DNA of 64,000 bases. It comes from Ignavibacteriota bacterium (GTDB lineage: Bacteria > Bacteroidota > Ignavibacteria > UBA10030). The notes beneath the pieces were generated by a model that was not told where the DNA came from, made no database searches, and worked only from the letters and a program-made list of their open reading frames with translations. The first letter of the stretch is position 1; each line of letters opens with the position of its first letter. Shown in pieces: positions 49,019 through 58,985 of this stretch. Location: assembly GCA_003142475.1 (NCBI GenBank), contig PLMK01000006.1:10225-74224 (forward strand). Direction: 5' to 3'. A program made the position numbers and the translations under genes.

Positions 49019-51226
49019 TTACTTTGTCGTCATCACAAAGACACCGTTCCATTCAACCGGCGGCGGAGTAATTTGATACAAGTTTGCACGTTCTGTGTAA
49101 ATCTGTGCGACATAACAGGACTCGTCCAATGAATGTGCTTGCTGCATATACGCAATCGCTTCTTCCCATTTCCTTGAGCGGTAGAATTTCAATCCTTCGT
49201 GGTACATCTCAAGTGCCTGTCGCTGATTCTCAGTCATTTCCATTTCTGCAGTGCCGAGCAATTCGTACACCTTCACCGGTTCTGTCTTGCCTTTCACTTG
49301 AATCAAATCAAGTTCCCGTACTATAACTTTGTTTTTCACATGCGTATATGTAAAATCACTGATCATAATACTTGATTGGTATTGTTTGTTAGCGCCTTCA
49401 AGCCGCGAAGCAAGGTTTACACTATCACCGATAACCGTGTAATCAAACCTATCTTTTCCTCCTATATTACCGACAATCATAATGCCAGTATTGATACCCA
49501 TTCGTACTGAAATTACAGGCTTGCTTTCCTTTGCCCATTTTTGCCTGAGTACACGCAAGCGTTTCTGCATCTCCAGCGCTGCAAGACATGTCCGTAGTGC
49601 ATGATCCTTTTGCGGAAGCGGTGCGCCCCAGAATGCCATAATTGCGTCGCCTTCGTATTTATCTAATGTTCCTTCACATTTAAGTACAATATGTGTCATT
49701 TCATTTAAGTATTCATTGAGCAGCGCAACCAATACCTCCGGTTTGCTGTGGTACTGTTCCGAAATACTAGTGAAGTTGGCTATATCAGAGAAAAATACTG
49801 TCAGTTCGCGGCGATCTCCACCAAGCTTTGCTTTCTCCGGATTCAAAACCAGTTCATTTACGACCGTACGATTAATATAATGGCCGAACATATTTTTTAT
49901 GATTGCTTTTTGCTGTCGCTCGGTCAAATACTGATAAACAGTTGTACCGAAATAAGCCAATACAATTGCAAGACACGGGTTAACAACATTCATCAAAATA
50001 TTATTGTTGCTAAACACAATAATAGAAACTTCGAATACAGCGCCAATAAAAATAATGGTTAAAAGAAATGCTCCGATCTCCAGTAGCCACATATGTCGTA
50101 TGTGAACCTGCTTTAGCGCCAATAGACCAAGGAAGCAGATGAGCGAGAGAAGAATTATAACAATTCCTTCGATCAATGGATCCACTGTTGTGATAAAGTG
50201 TTTGTCGATAACATTCTGAATGGCTGTGGCATGAATTTCTACGCCATTCATCGCGTAGTTTCTTTTCCCACCTTCTTCTTTGTAAAGAGGCACATTGTGA
50301 TAATCGCGTTCTTCTGCCATAATGGAACCGATAATGACGATTTTGTCTTTAAAAAGTTTCATTGTGGTCGTATCAAAGGCATTGATCTGTTCACCTAATT
50401 CCAATTCGTCTTTGGTCTGGAAAGTCGAATCATCAATAACTTGAGAAAATGGAACATAGCGAAACGTTCTGTCCGGACCGTAAAAGTTCAACATAAAGGT
50501 GCTGCCATTTCGCGGAATCTTTCGATCTTTGTAGATAAAGAATTGCTCGTTTCTCCAGTCAACGGTTGTCCCTGGTCTGAGTCTGAAGTACTTGTTTAGG
50601 GCAGCAAATCCGAGTGTTGGCGTTTCCCAGCCTTTAACATCTAACAGTGGAAAATAGGAACGGCAGACATTATCTCGATCCTTAAGGATGTTGGTTATGC
50701 CAATATTCTTATCGACGTCATAAAAAATATTATCATAGGTTGGTTCTGTCGCACGTATCTCCGCTTTTTCGTTCGACGATCCCGTTCCTACTGTTGCTGC
50801 AAGTATAACATTGTTGTATTTAGTTAGCGTTGCACGTAATGTACTGTCTCCTTGAACATTTTTTCCGGGCGATTGCAATGTTATATCAAACACTATGGCC
50901 TTTGCACCAGCTTCATTTAAGTTCTCGATGACATGAGCATAATATGACCTAGGAAACGGAAACGGTTCTTGGAGCGCCTTTAGATCCTCCTCATCCGATA
51001 TGCTCACAATAACGATATCACAATTTTTAAGATCTCGTGTCTGCTCGGTTCGTTCATATCTACTTTGGTAACGCAGGTCAATCGTCAATAAATCGATATT
51101 CTTTAGAAAGCTCAGTTCGAAGAGCCATCCTTGTCCGATGATAATGACGAAGATGCCTATGCTCAGACCGATTGACAGCTTAATAAGCATCGGCATTATT
51201 TTTCTTTTGAATTCATAGGAAGGCAT
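49019..51226 (-). CDS. CHASE2-domain class III adenylate cyclase
   Basis: PFPRSYYA...GAKAIVFDI and GVEIHATAIQN (CHASE2), 3 TM, FFSDIANFTSISE, DKYEGDAIMAFWG, DYTVIGDSVNLASRLEG; Lys/Asp pair suggests ATP specificity; TPR-like tail. Confidence 0.92.
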   Translation of the reverse strand: MPSYEFKRKIMPMLIKLSIGLSIGIFVIIIGQGWLFELSFLKNIDLLTIDLRYQSRYERTEQTRDLKNCDIVIVSISDEEDLKALQEPFPFPRSYYAHVIENLNEAGAKAIVFDITLQSPGKNVQGDSTLRATLTKYNNVILAATVGTGSSNEKAEIRATEPTYDNIFYDVDKNIGITNILKDRDNVCRSYFPLLDVKGWETPTLGFAALNKYFRLRPGTTVDWRNEQFFIYKDRKIPRNGSTFMLNFYGPDRTFRYVPFSQVIDDSTFQTKDELELGEQINAFDTTTMKLFKDKIVIIGSIMAEERDYHNVPLYKEEGGKRNYAMNGVEIHATAIQNVIDKHFITTVDPLIEGIVIILLSLICFLGLLALKQVHIRHMWLLEIGAFLLTIIFIGAVFEVSIIVFSNNNILMNVVNPCLAIVLAYFGTTVYQYLTERQQKAIIKNMFGHYINRTVVNELVLNPEKAKLGGDRRELTVFFSDIANFTSISEQYHSKPEVLVALLNEYLNEMTHIVLKCEGTLDKYEGDAIMAFWGAPLPQKDHALRTCLAALEMQKRLRVLRQKWAKESKPVISVRMGINTGIMIVGNIGGKDRFDYTVIGDSVNLASRLEGANKQYQSSIMISDFTYTHVKNKVIVRELDLIQVKGKTEPVKVYELLGTAEMEMTENQRQALEMYHEGLKFYRSRKWEEAIAYMQQAHSLDESCYVAQIYTERANLYQITPPPVEWNGVFVMTTK

Positions 51227-51319
51227 AATTCTGATTCCTTTTACGATCAATCGGAGGAATAATCCCACTTCCTTTTTGCGACGAAGAGAATTGGGAATTT
51301 ATATGTAAAAAATAATTTG

Positions 51320-53857
51320 TTAGAATGTGAAACGATAAATGATACTTGCAATAACATCGTTTCTTATATCCGGGTTCTGAATGAAATCAAGCTGGCCAAC
51401 AATAAACTGATTGTTTATTACTTGATAATCGATACCAGCTTGCACCAAGAACCGTTTGAAATCGCCGAAAGAAGGTGCCAAAGTTGTGAACACATTGAGG
51501 CGATCATTATACATCCGGTAACGTGCAGTAATTGAAAGAGTTTGATAATCAAACGCCTGTTTATTTGTGATGCTAGAATATTGTTTCTTTGCAGTATCTT
51601 CCAATGCAGAATATGTGGCATTATGACTGACAATAATTGCTATAGTTGTTTGCAGTGGAATTTTATAGAGTGTTGTTAACGCTGCAGAAATACTGACATT
51701 GTTCTGATCGTTCTTGTAAAATGTGTCATCTTTTTTGTTTGCGATAGTGACAGACATTGTTGCTGTTTGGCGCGCAAGAAAATTAAAATTATAATTTGTT
51801 GAAAGAAAAAAACGGTTTGTAATTTCATCTGCACAATTCACCGAATCCAATGCCGTAGAGGGGAAAATTGTGTCTGCGGCAGCCGTTACAATAGGATTCA
51901 GATGAAGTTCTATAGGATTTTTACGTGTATTCATGCCGTACCCAACGGTGAAAGAAGGCAGTTCTACACCCGGAAACACCGTTATGTTTGTATTCAGTGT
52001 GTTATATGTTGTTGTCGGAGTATTTACATCGTTCTGTGTATTATTACGTTTTGTTTCGTAGGACACGCTTGCCATCAATTTGTTATCCAATAGCCGAATG
52101 CGGTCAGAGACGTTAATGCCTTCAATATCGGTTTGAATAAAATCATTACCGAATGATTTATAAGCAATGCCGCGCCGGAAGACCAAAGCATGAATATAAT
52201 TATTGAAATAATTCAGCGAAAGATCTGATTCATATGCTAACGATGGTAACGAAGAATTTACAGGATTGAGTGGCCAGAGTTGGCTGTTCACTGTAATAAA
52301 GTTACGGCCGATTTTGGCGGTATTTATATAGTCATTTACCGTTTGGGCAGAATCAGATTTTCCTATTCCAAATTGTCTAAATTCATCGTCTGTCATACTG
52401 CCGCCGGTGATATCATTATTTGTCATACTCATTGCCGCTTGGCTTGCCCACCGGACTTTCTGATTATCAAATGCAATCAGTAGATCTGCACCGGCAACAA
52501 TATTTTCCTGCGGATAAGTACCATATGTAATAGAATTAATGTCGTCTTTTGATTGCATATAGGTAATGCCTAATTGGAAATGTTCTCCGCTTCCAAAACT
52601 AGGACGAATGGCAAAAAAATTACGGGCAAATGTGCCGGAAGTGTACATTCGATAGAAAAGAGTATCCATTGTTGTGGCATATGCAGGATTTTGTCCACCG
52701 AATCTTTCGAATATTGTTTCTTTTGAACGCGCAGATGCCGAAGAAGAATCAGCAAAAAGTGTATCCCCAATTATTGTTCCTTCAATAGCACGGTCTGTTT
52801 TTCCGTATGAGACATCAACATTGAAATAACCAAATGTGAGTGAACCTGTAATACCCCGTACACGTTTTCCGCTTACCACTAGCGATGGTAGAATTGGATA
52901 TGCATCACCGATTTGCACCTTTGCATATTCACCTGCTTGCAATGTTCCAAGAAATCGATCTTGTGGTTGACGATCTGGTTTTTCTTCATTTGTCAAGTGG
53001 ACATCGCCGCCAAACATCAAAAATTTGTATGTTCCGTTCACATGAAGATCTCCGCGTACGTATGTTGTGTTTGCGGAGTCAATCTTCTCATTCCGTAATT
53101 CCAATTGACCGTTACCCTCGTATTGAAGTAAACTTTTTTCTTCTTCGATAGCAGTGGTAGTAGAAAGATTGAAATCTGTGCGTTTTGTGAAGTACAGATT
53201 TCCTAATGTATCACGTAATTCAATTTTAATAGAGTGCACACCAAGTGTAAGTGGCTTATCAAAATTTTTCGGACTGTATAGAATCACATCATCTGAAAGC
53301 AAAGCTTCCTTTGTTACATCAGCTTCGTCAAGATAAACATGTGTACGACGTTTATCGACAGCATCAGATGCGTACATGAGCGATACAGCAACTGCCAAAT
53401 CTTCTGCTGCCAAAGTTTCTCCCTGTTCAGGGCTGAGAAAACGGACCTCCATATCTTTTGGATCCACCCCTTTCACTGAAATCTTTATCGGATTGATTTC
53501 TGGATTTTCTGATGGGAATGTCGCTTGTACGTTATTGCCGAGTCGCATTTCAATATAATATTCAATGTAAGGCGGCGTCATTGATTTTGCCGGGATTGTA
53601 GCAACTGCTGTGCGGCCGGAAAGCAACATATCCATTGCTTTATATTCCGTTACTCCAAATTCGCGATAGTGAAGCAAAACTCTTTGAATTTTAGTATTTT
53701 GAGTCAATTTGACGCTTACAGAAAGTGATGATTGTTCGGAGGCAGGCGGCACTTTTACCTCAATAACGTATTGACTGACTTGCCCATACATCATAGGGAA
53801 TAAGAAAACAAAGAAGAAAAGAAAGGATAGCACGGCAGTGTAGCGAATCCGATTCAT
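51320..53857 (-). CDS. Putative outer membrane beta-barrel protein with N-terminal Ig-like domains
   Basis: Start moved to ATG 53857 (signal peptide); QIGDAYP...SGKRVRG, amphipathic strands, C-terminal YRFTF. Confidence 0.7.
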   Translation of the reverse strand: MNRIRYTAVLSFLFFFVFLFPMMYGQVSQYVIEVKVPPASEQSSLSVSVKLTQNTKIQRVLLHYREFGVTEYKAMDMLLSGRTAVATIPAKSMTPPYIEYYIEMRLGNNVQATFPSENPEINPIKISVKGVDPKDMEVRFLSPEQGETLAAEDLAVAVSLMYASDAVDKRRTHVYLDEADVTKEALLSDDVILYSPKNFDKPLTLGVHSIKIELRDTLGNLYFTKRTDFNLSTTTAIEEEKSLLQYEGNGQLELRNEKIDSANTTYVRGDLHVNGTYKFLMFGGDVHLTNEEKPDRQPQDRFLGTLQAGEYAKVQIGDAYPILPSLVVSGKRVRGITGSLTFGYFNVDVSYGKTDRAIEGTIIGDTLFADSSSASARSKETIFERFGGQNPAYATTMDTLFYRMYTSGTFARNFFAIRPSFGSGEHFQLGITYMQSKDDINSITYGTYPQENIVAGADLLIAFDNQKVRWASQAAMSMTNNDITGGSMTDDEFRQFGIGKSDSAQTVNDYINTAKIGRNFITVNSQLWPLNPVNSSLPSLAYESDLSLNYFNNYIHALVFRRGIAYKSFGNDFIQTDIEGINVSDRIRLLDNKLMASVSYETKRNNTQNDVNTPTTTYNTLNTNITVFPGVELPSFTVGYGMNTRKNPIELHLNPIVTAAADTIFPSTALDSVNCADEITNRFFLSTNYNFNFLARQTATMSVTIANKKDDTFYKNDQNNVSISAALTTLYKIPLQTTIAIIVSHNATYSALEDTAKKQYSSITNKQAFDYQTLSITARYRMYNDRLNVFTTLAPSFGDFKRFLVQAGIDYQVINNQFIVGQLDFIQNPDIRNDVIASIIYRFTF

Positions 53858-53915
53858 ATCAATTCCTTTAAAAATGTAAGTTAAAATTCTGATGAATAAC
53901 AATGGCAAAGAAGGA

Positions 53916-53943
53916 AACGGCGGGTTGCCTAATACCCGCCGTT
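53916..53943 (-). terminator. Intrinsic terminator-like hairpin inside the FecR/OMP cluster
   Basis: aacggcgggt/acccgccgtt stem followed by tccttctttg on the minus strand. Confidence 0.6.
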
Positions 53944-53998
53944 CAAGTTATTAAAAGCATTTATATGAAGCAAGACTACGACGTATGCCAGGATCAGT

Positions 53999-55036
53999 TT
54001 AATCATTCCATTTCAGGATAAGTACTTTTTCCTGCAGTGTGCCGGTTTGACCGGGGATTATCAGCACATGTTGAACCGACTCTACCGGTACTGTGGCAGG
54101 TTTTAGTGATCCGTTAGGCGGTACTATCGTCAAAGAACCATCATTCAATTTTATTGAGAGATAATATTCAAGCTGTGGATATCTTACTTTATCTGCGGAC
54201 AACTGGCCTTGAGCAGTTTGCCCAATAATGGTTAATGGAAGTTCGGTGAATGCCTGTTCATTCTGTTTTCGATAGAATAAAGTTGCGGCTACTGCTCCTC
54301 CTTGAAACGATGACAAATTAACGCGAACAAAGCCAGCAATTCTTGATTTGAGATGGCCGAAATCTGCACCGAGATTATTATAATTGTTTAAAGTAGAATC
54401 CTTGCTATTATCTTCGCCAATATTCTGCCCATTTATTATATTATTAAGAGCTTCCCTGCCAGCTTGGTGTATATTTAACTTGCCACTGCTATCGGCGACA
54501 CCAGTATTCCCAGTACCAACATGTGCGGTTCTACCTGATAGTGAATTTGTGAAGTCAGCAAGGCCTTCGGCAATCGTTAAAGAATCTGCCTTGCCACCAG
54601 CAACATAACCTCCCTGCGTTCCACGAATGGAGGCGACAGAAATTGGAGATGAGAATCGAAATTGCTCTGTCTCAGCTTTTTTAACATTGAAAATCATGTC
54701 TCCCCGATCCATATGAACACTTCGGCTGAGAATTTCCTTTCCCCGCACCTCACCCTTGATGGTTACAATGGATTTTTCACGAAGAATCAATTTTGATTGA
54801 TCGGCAAAAAGAATCATTGCAAGGGATCCTTTATCGGTTTGCACTTCATATCCGGATTTTAGAGTGCTCAACGGAATCGCTTTATGCCATCCAGTGGCAG
54901 GTGATTTCATATTGACGTCTCGGATAACTTTTACAATGTATGCGGAAATATCTTTTTTGTCTTGCTTCCCTTTTTGTCCCAGCGAAAGCACAACAAGGAG
55001 TACCAATACACCTACGATGAGAATTTTCTTTATCAT
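53999..55036 (-). CDS. FecR-domain exported protein with C-terminal Ig-like domain
   Basis: VQTDKGSLAMILFADQSKLILREKS and FSSPISVASIRGT FecR motifs. Confidence 0.8.
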   Translation of the reverse strand: MIKKILIVGVLVLLVVLSLGQKGKQDKKDISAYIVKVIRDVNMKSPATGWHKAIPLSTLKSGYEVQTDKGSLAMILFADQSKLILREKSIVTIKGEVRGKEILSRSVHMDRGDMIFNVKKAETEQFRFSSPISVASIRGTQGGYVAGGKADSLTIAEGLADFTNSLSGRTAHVGTGNTGVADSSGKLNIHQAGREALNNIINGQNIGEDNSKDSTLNNYNNLGADFGHLKSRIAGFVRVNLSSFQGGAVAATLFYRKQNEQAFTELPLTIIGQTAQGQLSADKVRYPQLEYYLSIKLNDGSLTIVPPNGSLKPATVPVESVQHVLIIPGQTGTLQEKVLILKWND

Positions 55037-55054
55037 GGTTTTCTCCTTAAGCGC

Positions 55055-56188
55055 TTATTGGTTTTGAACACTTAGTTGTAGATTTACATTAGGATTGCCA
55101 GTGAGATCACGAATAAGATTTTGCAAGTCGGTCTCGGTTAATATACTGCCATCAAGTGTCATCGTGCCATATGCCTGCCAAGCAACCCAATTGCTTGGTT
55201 CTGCTCGAAGCGATGAAAAAATTCCGGATGCACTGCCGGCAGACGTACTCAAGAAATTATCAAGCATTTTCCCAACATTGTCATTGGTAATGCGGAACAC
55301 AACCGGAAGGCTGGCGTTTCCTATTTCACCGCGATTGGTTAACACTTCTGCTTCGACTTGAAGAACGTACGCCTTATTTTCTTGAAGCTGGCGGCTTGCA
55401 TCTTGCGGATATGTGAGTGACGTAGTACCAGTTAATTCTTTTACAAGGTACGGATTTCCGCCTTTCAATGCGTCCTGCGGTGACCGTTGATTCGACCCGG
55501 CTTCATATACAGAAACTTTGACTGTGCTCGCATTCGTTGTCCAACTAAATGTTGGTGCAAGATTCATAAAGTAACTTCCATTCTTCGGATCGTTGATTTC
55601 TACAAAGGCTTCATCCGTTGTGGCATATGGAACGACAATACTCTTTGAAACTCCTCCATAGGTGACTGCATTTGAACTCCACGAATTTGCCTGCAGCACT
55701 TTCGCTGTGATTTGATATTTTCCAGGCGGAGCCGTCGGAGTTGTCAGCGCGAAATCTGTTATTTTCTTTTTCAAACTTGCATTCATATAATAAGTAGAAG
55801 GTTTAAGCAGTGCGACTCCAGATCCGTTTATTGCAAAGTCATTCGCAGTGAGTGTTCGGCTGCCATTAATGATGAAATCTTTTGAAATCCCACTTACCAA
55901 TACTGCAGGTCGAGGATCTCCACGAAGTTGAACTTGAATTTCCAAGTAAATACAAACTTTAATATTTCCACCTGGGGGAGTTACTACTGTCAAATCCAGC
56001 GAGATTCCTGATATGGAAGAATTTACCATTTGGGTTTTAGTATCAATAAAATCTATAAGGTAAATGACATCGTAATCAGTGAAGTTAAGATTTGCTTGGA
56101 CTTGCTGTGCCTTGGCAGTTGTGAAGCACAATTCTAATATGATCACGGCAAATATAAGCAGTAACAATTTCATTTGGATGCTTTTCAT
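55055..56188 (-). CDS. Exported hypothetical protein (Ig/FN3-like)
   Basis: Signal peptide ending TAKA-QQ; PKNGS...PTFSW...LQENKAYVLQV pattern. Confidence 0.65.
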   Translation of the reverse strand: MKSIQMKLLLLIFAVIILELCFTTAKAQQVQANLNFTDYDVIYLIDFIDTKTQMVNSSISGISLDLTVVTPPGGNIKVCIYLEIQVQLRGDPRPAVLVSGISKDFIINGSRTLTANDFAINGSGVALLKPSTYYMNASLKKKITDFALTTPTAPPGKYQITAKVLQANSWSSNAVTYGGVSKSIVVPYATTDEAFVEINDPKNGSYFMNLAPTFSWTTNASTVKVSVYEAGSNQRSPQDALKGGNPYLVKELTGTTSLTYPQDASRQLQENKAYVLQVEAEVLTNRGEIGNASLPVVFRITNDNVGKMLDNFLSTSAGSASGIFSSLRAEPSNWVAWQAYGTMTLDGSILTETDLQNLIRDLTGNPNVNLQLSVQNQ

Positions 56189-56279
56189 AACATAAAGCTC
56201 CTTTGGTTCGTTAATTTATATGTCTATATATAGCAGATGGAGTAATAAAACACGTTGACAACTATCACGCAGGCAGGGT

Positions 56280-57641
56280 TTAAAAATTCACGACATCATT
56301 ATAAAGAACGAACGCCATAAAAACAAGCAATAAGATAAATCCCGCTTGCTGAAGAGCAATTTTGATTTTGGCAGGTACTTCCCTTCTAAAGACAGCTTCA
56401 TAGACGAGAAAAACAAGATGTCCGCCGTCAAGCGCCGGGAACGGAAGTATATTCAGTAATGCAAGACTGATACTTAATATGCTGATGAAACCGAAGAACT
56501 CCAAAACGCCGTCTTCGGCAGATCGTTTTGCCATTTGGGCAATTTTCACCGGCCCGCCGACTGATTTACTCAGCGAAGCTTTTCCCGTTACAATTTGGTA
56601 GAGATTGGTGAGAATAAGAACACTTGTCGTTTTCAATTCTCCGACACCAATCGGAAGGGCTTCGAACAGGGAATATTGTTTATGAATTACCGGACCTTGA
56701 TATGCACCGGAGAGAGAAATCCCGATGCGTCCTTCTGCGGTTGGTCTTACATGCGCATTCATTCTCTGATTTCCGCGCGCCCAGGACAATAAAATTTCTT
56801 TCCCGGCATTCATCCGAATTGCTTCCTGCAACGAACCAAAGCCTACCGGTACTTCGTTCACTGCAAGCAATGTATCACCCGACTGCAAACCAATTTGTTC
56901 AGCCGGCTTTCCGCGGTCCACAAGCTCAACTACGGGGACAATACCGGTCGGGAACATGCCAAACCCTTCTTTCATAAAATCCGGCAGCTCCGAACGGCGA
57001 ATGGAAAGAGTATGGACCGCACCGGAACGTTGTATCTGTATCGTTAAATCATTTGTCACCGATTCAGTATACAACGTGCTTTCAATTTCATCCCACTGTT
57101 TCACAGGATGATTATTGATGGAAATAATTTTATCGCCGCTCTGCATTCCGGCTTTTGCTGCAACACTGTTCGATGTTACATAACCGATTTCCGTCACCGG
57201 ACGGATCGTCTTACCCTGGTGAAAAATTATCCCCCAAAAAATAAAAACGGCAAGAAGAAGATTCATCATGACGCCGGCGGAAATAACGATCATCCGCTTC
57301 CAAATAGGCTTGGAACGGAACTCCCACGGCTGCGGTTCTTTATTTAAAAACTCTGTATCGAGGCTTTCGTCGATCATCCCTGCAATTTTTACATACCCGC
57401 CGATGGGAAAAGCAGCAACGCGGTAATCGGTATTCCCCTGCAGATCCAAATCTTCTTTCAATGAACCAAAGGTAAATTTGCTGACCTTGTTCCAGCCAAA
57501 AACGCGGTTGCCCATTCCCAGTGCAAATACTTCGGCGCGCATTCCGCAAGCGATCGCCGCAAGAAAGTGTCCTGACTCATGCACCAGCACAAGGATGCCG
57601 ATGGTGATGATAAAATAGAATAACGTACTTACTATCGCCAT
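56280..57641 (-). CDS. rseP: RIP metalloprotease RseP
   Basis: HESGH, PIGGYVKIAGM, two PDZ domains, NILPFPALDGGH; downstream of dxr. Confidence 0.95.
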   Translation of the reverse strand: MAIVSTLFYFIITIGILVLVHESGHFLAAIACGMRAEVFALGMGNRVFGWNKVSKFTFGSLKEDLDLQGNTDYRVAAFPIGGYVKIAGMIDESLDTEFLNKEPQPWEFRSKPIWKRMIVISAGVMMNLLLAVFIFWGIIFHQGKTIRPVTEIGYVTSNSVAAKAGMQSGDKIISINNHPVKQWDEIESTLYTESVTNDLTIQIQRSGAVHTLSIRRSELPDFMKEGFGMFPTGIVPVVELVDRGKPAEQIGLQSGDTLLAVNEVPVGFGSLQEAIRMNAGKEILLSWARGNQRMNAHVRPTAEGRIGISLSGAYQGPVIHKQYSLFEALPIGVGELKTTSVLILTNLYQIVTGKASLSKSVGGPVKIAQMAKRSAEDGVLEFFGFISILSISLALLNILPFPALDGGHLVFLVYEAVFRREVPAKIKIALQQAGFILLLVFMAFVLYNDVVNF

Positions 57642-57694
57642 AAGTTTAATTCATTTTTGTTCTATTATGGAAGGTTAATGTTCAACACTGCAGG

Positions 57695-58849
57695 TTACAA
57701 TAAAGTTCGGACATACTCCCGTGTTTTATGGTCGCTTTGAAACGTGTGTTCAAGATCGGGCGAAACGTGGTTTTTTTGTTTGGCCAAGGCTTGTTCAATT
57801 AATTCGGGTATTCTCTGGAATGGAATTTTCTTTTCTAAAAAAGCCTGCACTGCCACTTCGTTGGCAGCATTCATAATGGCGGGAGCGGTTCCGCCCAAGG
57901 CCATTGCGTCGTACGCCAATTGCAGGCATGGGAATTTTTTGCGGTCCGGTGCAAAGAATGTCATTGACTGCAACTTTGGAAAATCCACGTGACTTCCGTT
58001 CATCGGACATCGTTCAGGATATGTTAATGCGTATTGAATCGGAAGTTTCATGTCTGGCATGCCAAGCTGCGCTTTTATGGAACCGTCTACGAACTCTACC
58101 ATCGAATGAATAATAGATTGCGGATGAATCACAACATCAATACGTTCTGTTGGTAGGCCGAATAGCCAGCGTGCTTCAATCACTTCCAGACCCTTGTTCA
58201 TCAAGGTGGCTGAGTCGATTGTAATCTTATTTCCCATTTTCCAATTAGGGTGATTCAGCGCTTGTTCAACGGTAATAGATGCGAATGCATCTTCAGGCGT
58301 GTTCAGTAGCGGTCCACCGGATGCTGTAAGGATAATCCTACTCGCACTATTCCAATCTTCGCCGACAAGACATTGCAAAATAGCACTGTGCTCACTATCA
58401 ATCGGAACTAAATGAACACTATATTCCTTTACTAACGAAGTAACAAGTTCTCCGGCAACAACAAGTGTTTCTTTGTTCGCAAGAGCAATGTGTTTTCGAT
58501 GTTTGATTGCCTCGACGGTCGGTTTCAATCCGGCAAACCCGACAATTGAATTGATGACGAGATCGACATCATCCCGGCGAACAACTTCCAGCAATCCTTC
58601 TCGTCCGGTAAGTACTTCCACCGAATCACCAAACATTGACTGCAACGCCGCAGCTTTGGTTTCGTCTAATACTACAACACCGTGTGGGTGAAAATGCTCG
58701 ATCTGGTTTTGCAGTAGTTCGATGTTGGTATTAGTTGTAAGGTAGGTAATACTGAATCTGTCTTTAAGATTATGAATAACCGAAAGGCAGTTCCGGCCAA
58801 TAGAGCCGGTCGAACCAAGGATAGCAATATGCTTTGGATTCTGACTCAT
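57695..58849 (-). CDS. dxr: 1-deoxy-D-xylulose 5-phosphate reductoisomerase
   Basis: LGSTGSIG, LANKETLV, PIDSEHSAI, LTASGGP, HPNWKMGNKITIDSATLMNKGLE. Confidence 0.98.
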   Translation of the reverse strand: MSQNPKHIAILGSTGSIGRNCLSVIHNLKDRFSITYLTTNTNIELLQNQIEHFHPHGVVVLDETKAAALQSMFGDSVEVLTGREGLLEVVRRDDVDLVINSIVGFAGLKPTVEAIKHRKHIALANKETLVVAGELVTSLVKEYSVHLVPIDSEHSAILQCLVGEDWNSASRIILTASGGPLLNTPEDAFASITVEQALNHPNWKMGNKITIDSATLMNKGLEVIEARWLFGLPTERIDVVIHPQSIIHSMVEFVDGSIKAQLGMPDMKLPIQYALTYPERCPMNGSHVDFPKLQSMTFFAPDRKKFPCLQLAYDAMALGGTAPAIMNAANEVAVQAFLEKKIPFQRIPELIEQALAKQKNHVSPDLEHTFQSDHKTREYVRTLL

Positions 58850-58985
58850 ACTGTATTATCAAGGTAATCAAATTCGCAAGGCATGTCAAGGAAGGCAATC
58901 TTCACAATTCGTCATCGCAAATCGAAATTGCTTTTTGTATATTGACGCAAAGATTAATTCATAATCATAAATTATTAATGAAAAA

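Noticed and set aside
49019..51226. Cyclase as the Pycsar/CBASS partner of the IS-borne TM protein
   Set aside because: It is 23 kb away, is a membrane CHASE2 sensor cyclase, and has ATP-specifying residues
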